Below the pieces are notes generated by a model. The model searched no databases, had not been told where the DNA came from, and saw nothing but the letters and a program-made list of their open reading frames with translations. Both the position numbers and the translations under genes were made by a program. Of a stretch of 64,000 bases of DNA, positions 63,906-64,000 are shown in pieces. The number at the start of each line of letters is the position of its first letter. Position 1 is the stretch's first letter. Source of the DNA: Octopus vulgaris (lineage: Eukaryota); the NCBI GenBank assembly GCA_951406725.2, contig OX597821.1:79980001-80044000 (forward strand), in the 5' to 3' direction.

Positions 63906-64000
63906 ATTTTAATCGAACTGTTTAAGTAACATATTTGAAATAACTTCAGTAATGTGACTGCAATCCTCATGAAGCATCGGACGATGAGAATTGTCTGCCT

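Overview
AT-rich, microsatellite-saturated eukaryotic DNA. The SINE families and compound (TA)n/(CA)n/(TACA)n/(AAT)n tracts strongly suggest a coleoid cephalopod, most likely Octopus (inference from pattern recognition, no search run). I find no supportable host protein-coding gene, rRNA, true tRNA or CRISPR array, so the window looks like intergenic or large-intron sequence. It is almost entirely a mobile-element archive. It holds four tRNA-headed SINE families (labelled A-D here, about 35 copies, some tandem, nested or chimeric) and fossil non-LTR retrotransposons (CR1 group, RTE, Ingi/Vingi, R4/Dong). It also holds a tandem pair of non-autonomous Helitrons carrying a captured ORF fragment, hAT and mariner MITEs, and many Penelope-like terminal fragments with minimal hammerhead ribozyme motifs, often as fold-backs. 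The best leads are the hammerhead-centred fold-backs, a TAA-microsatellite-targeted non-coding retroelement, SINE multimers with the same junction at separate loci, SINE head/tail shuffling with a visible RTE tail donor, and a 400-bp hairpin. All clade names come from motif recall and need HMM or Repbase/Dfam confirmation.
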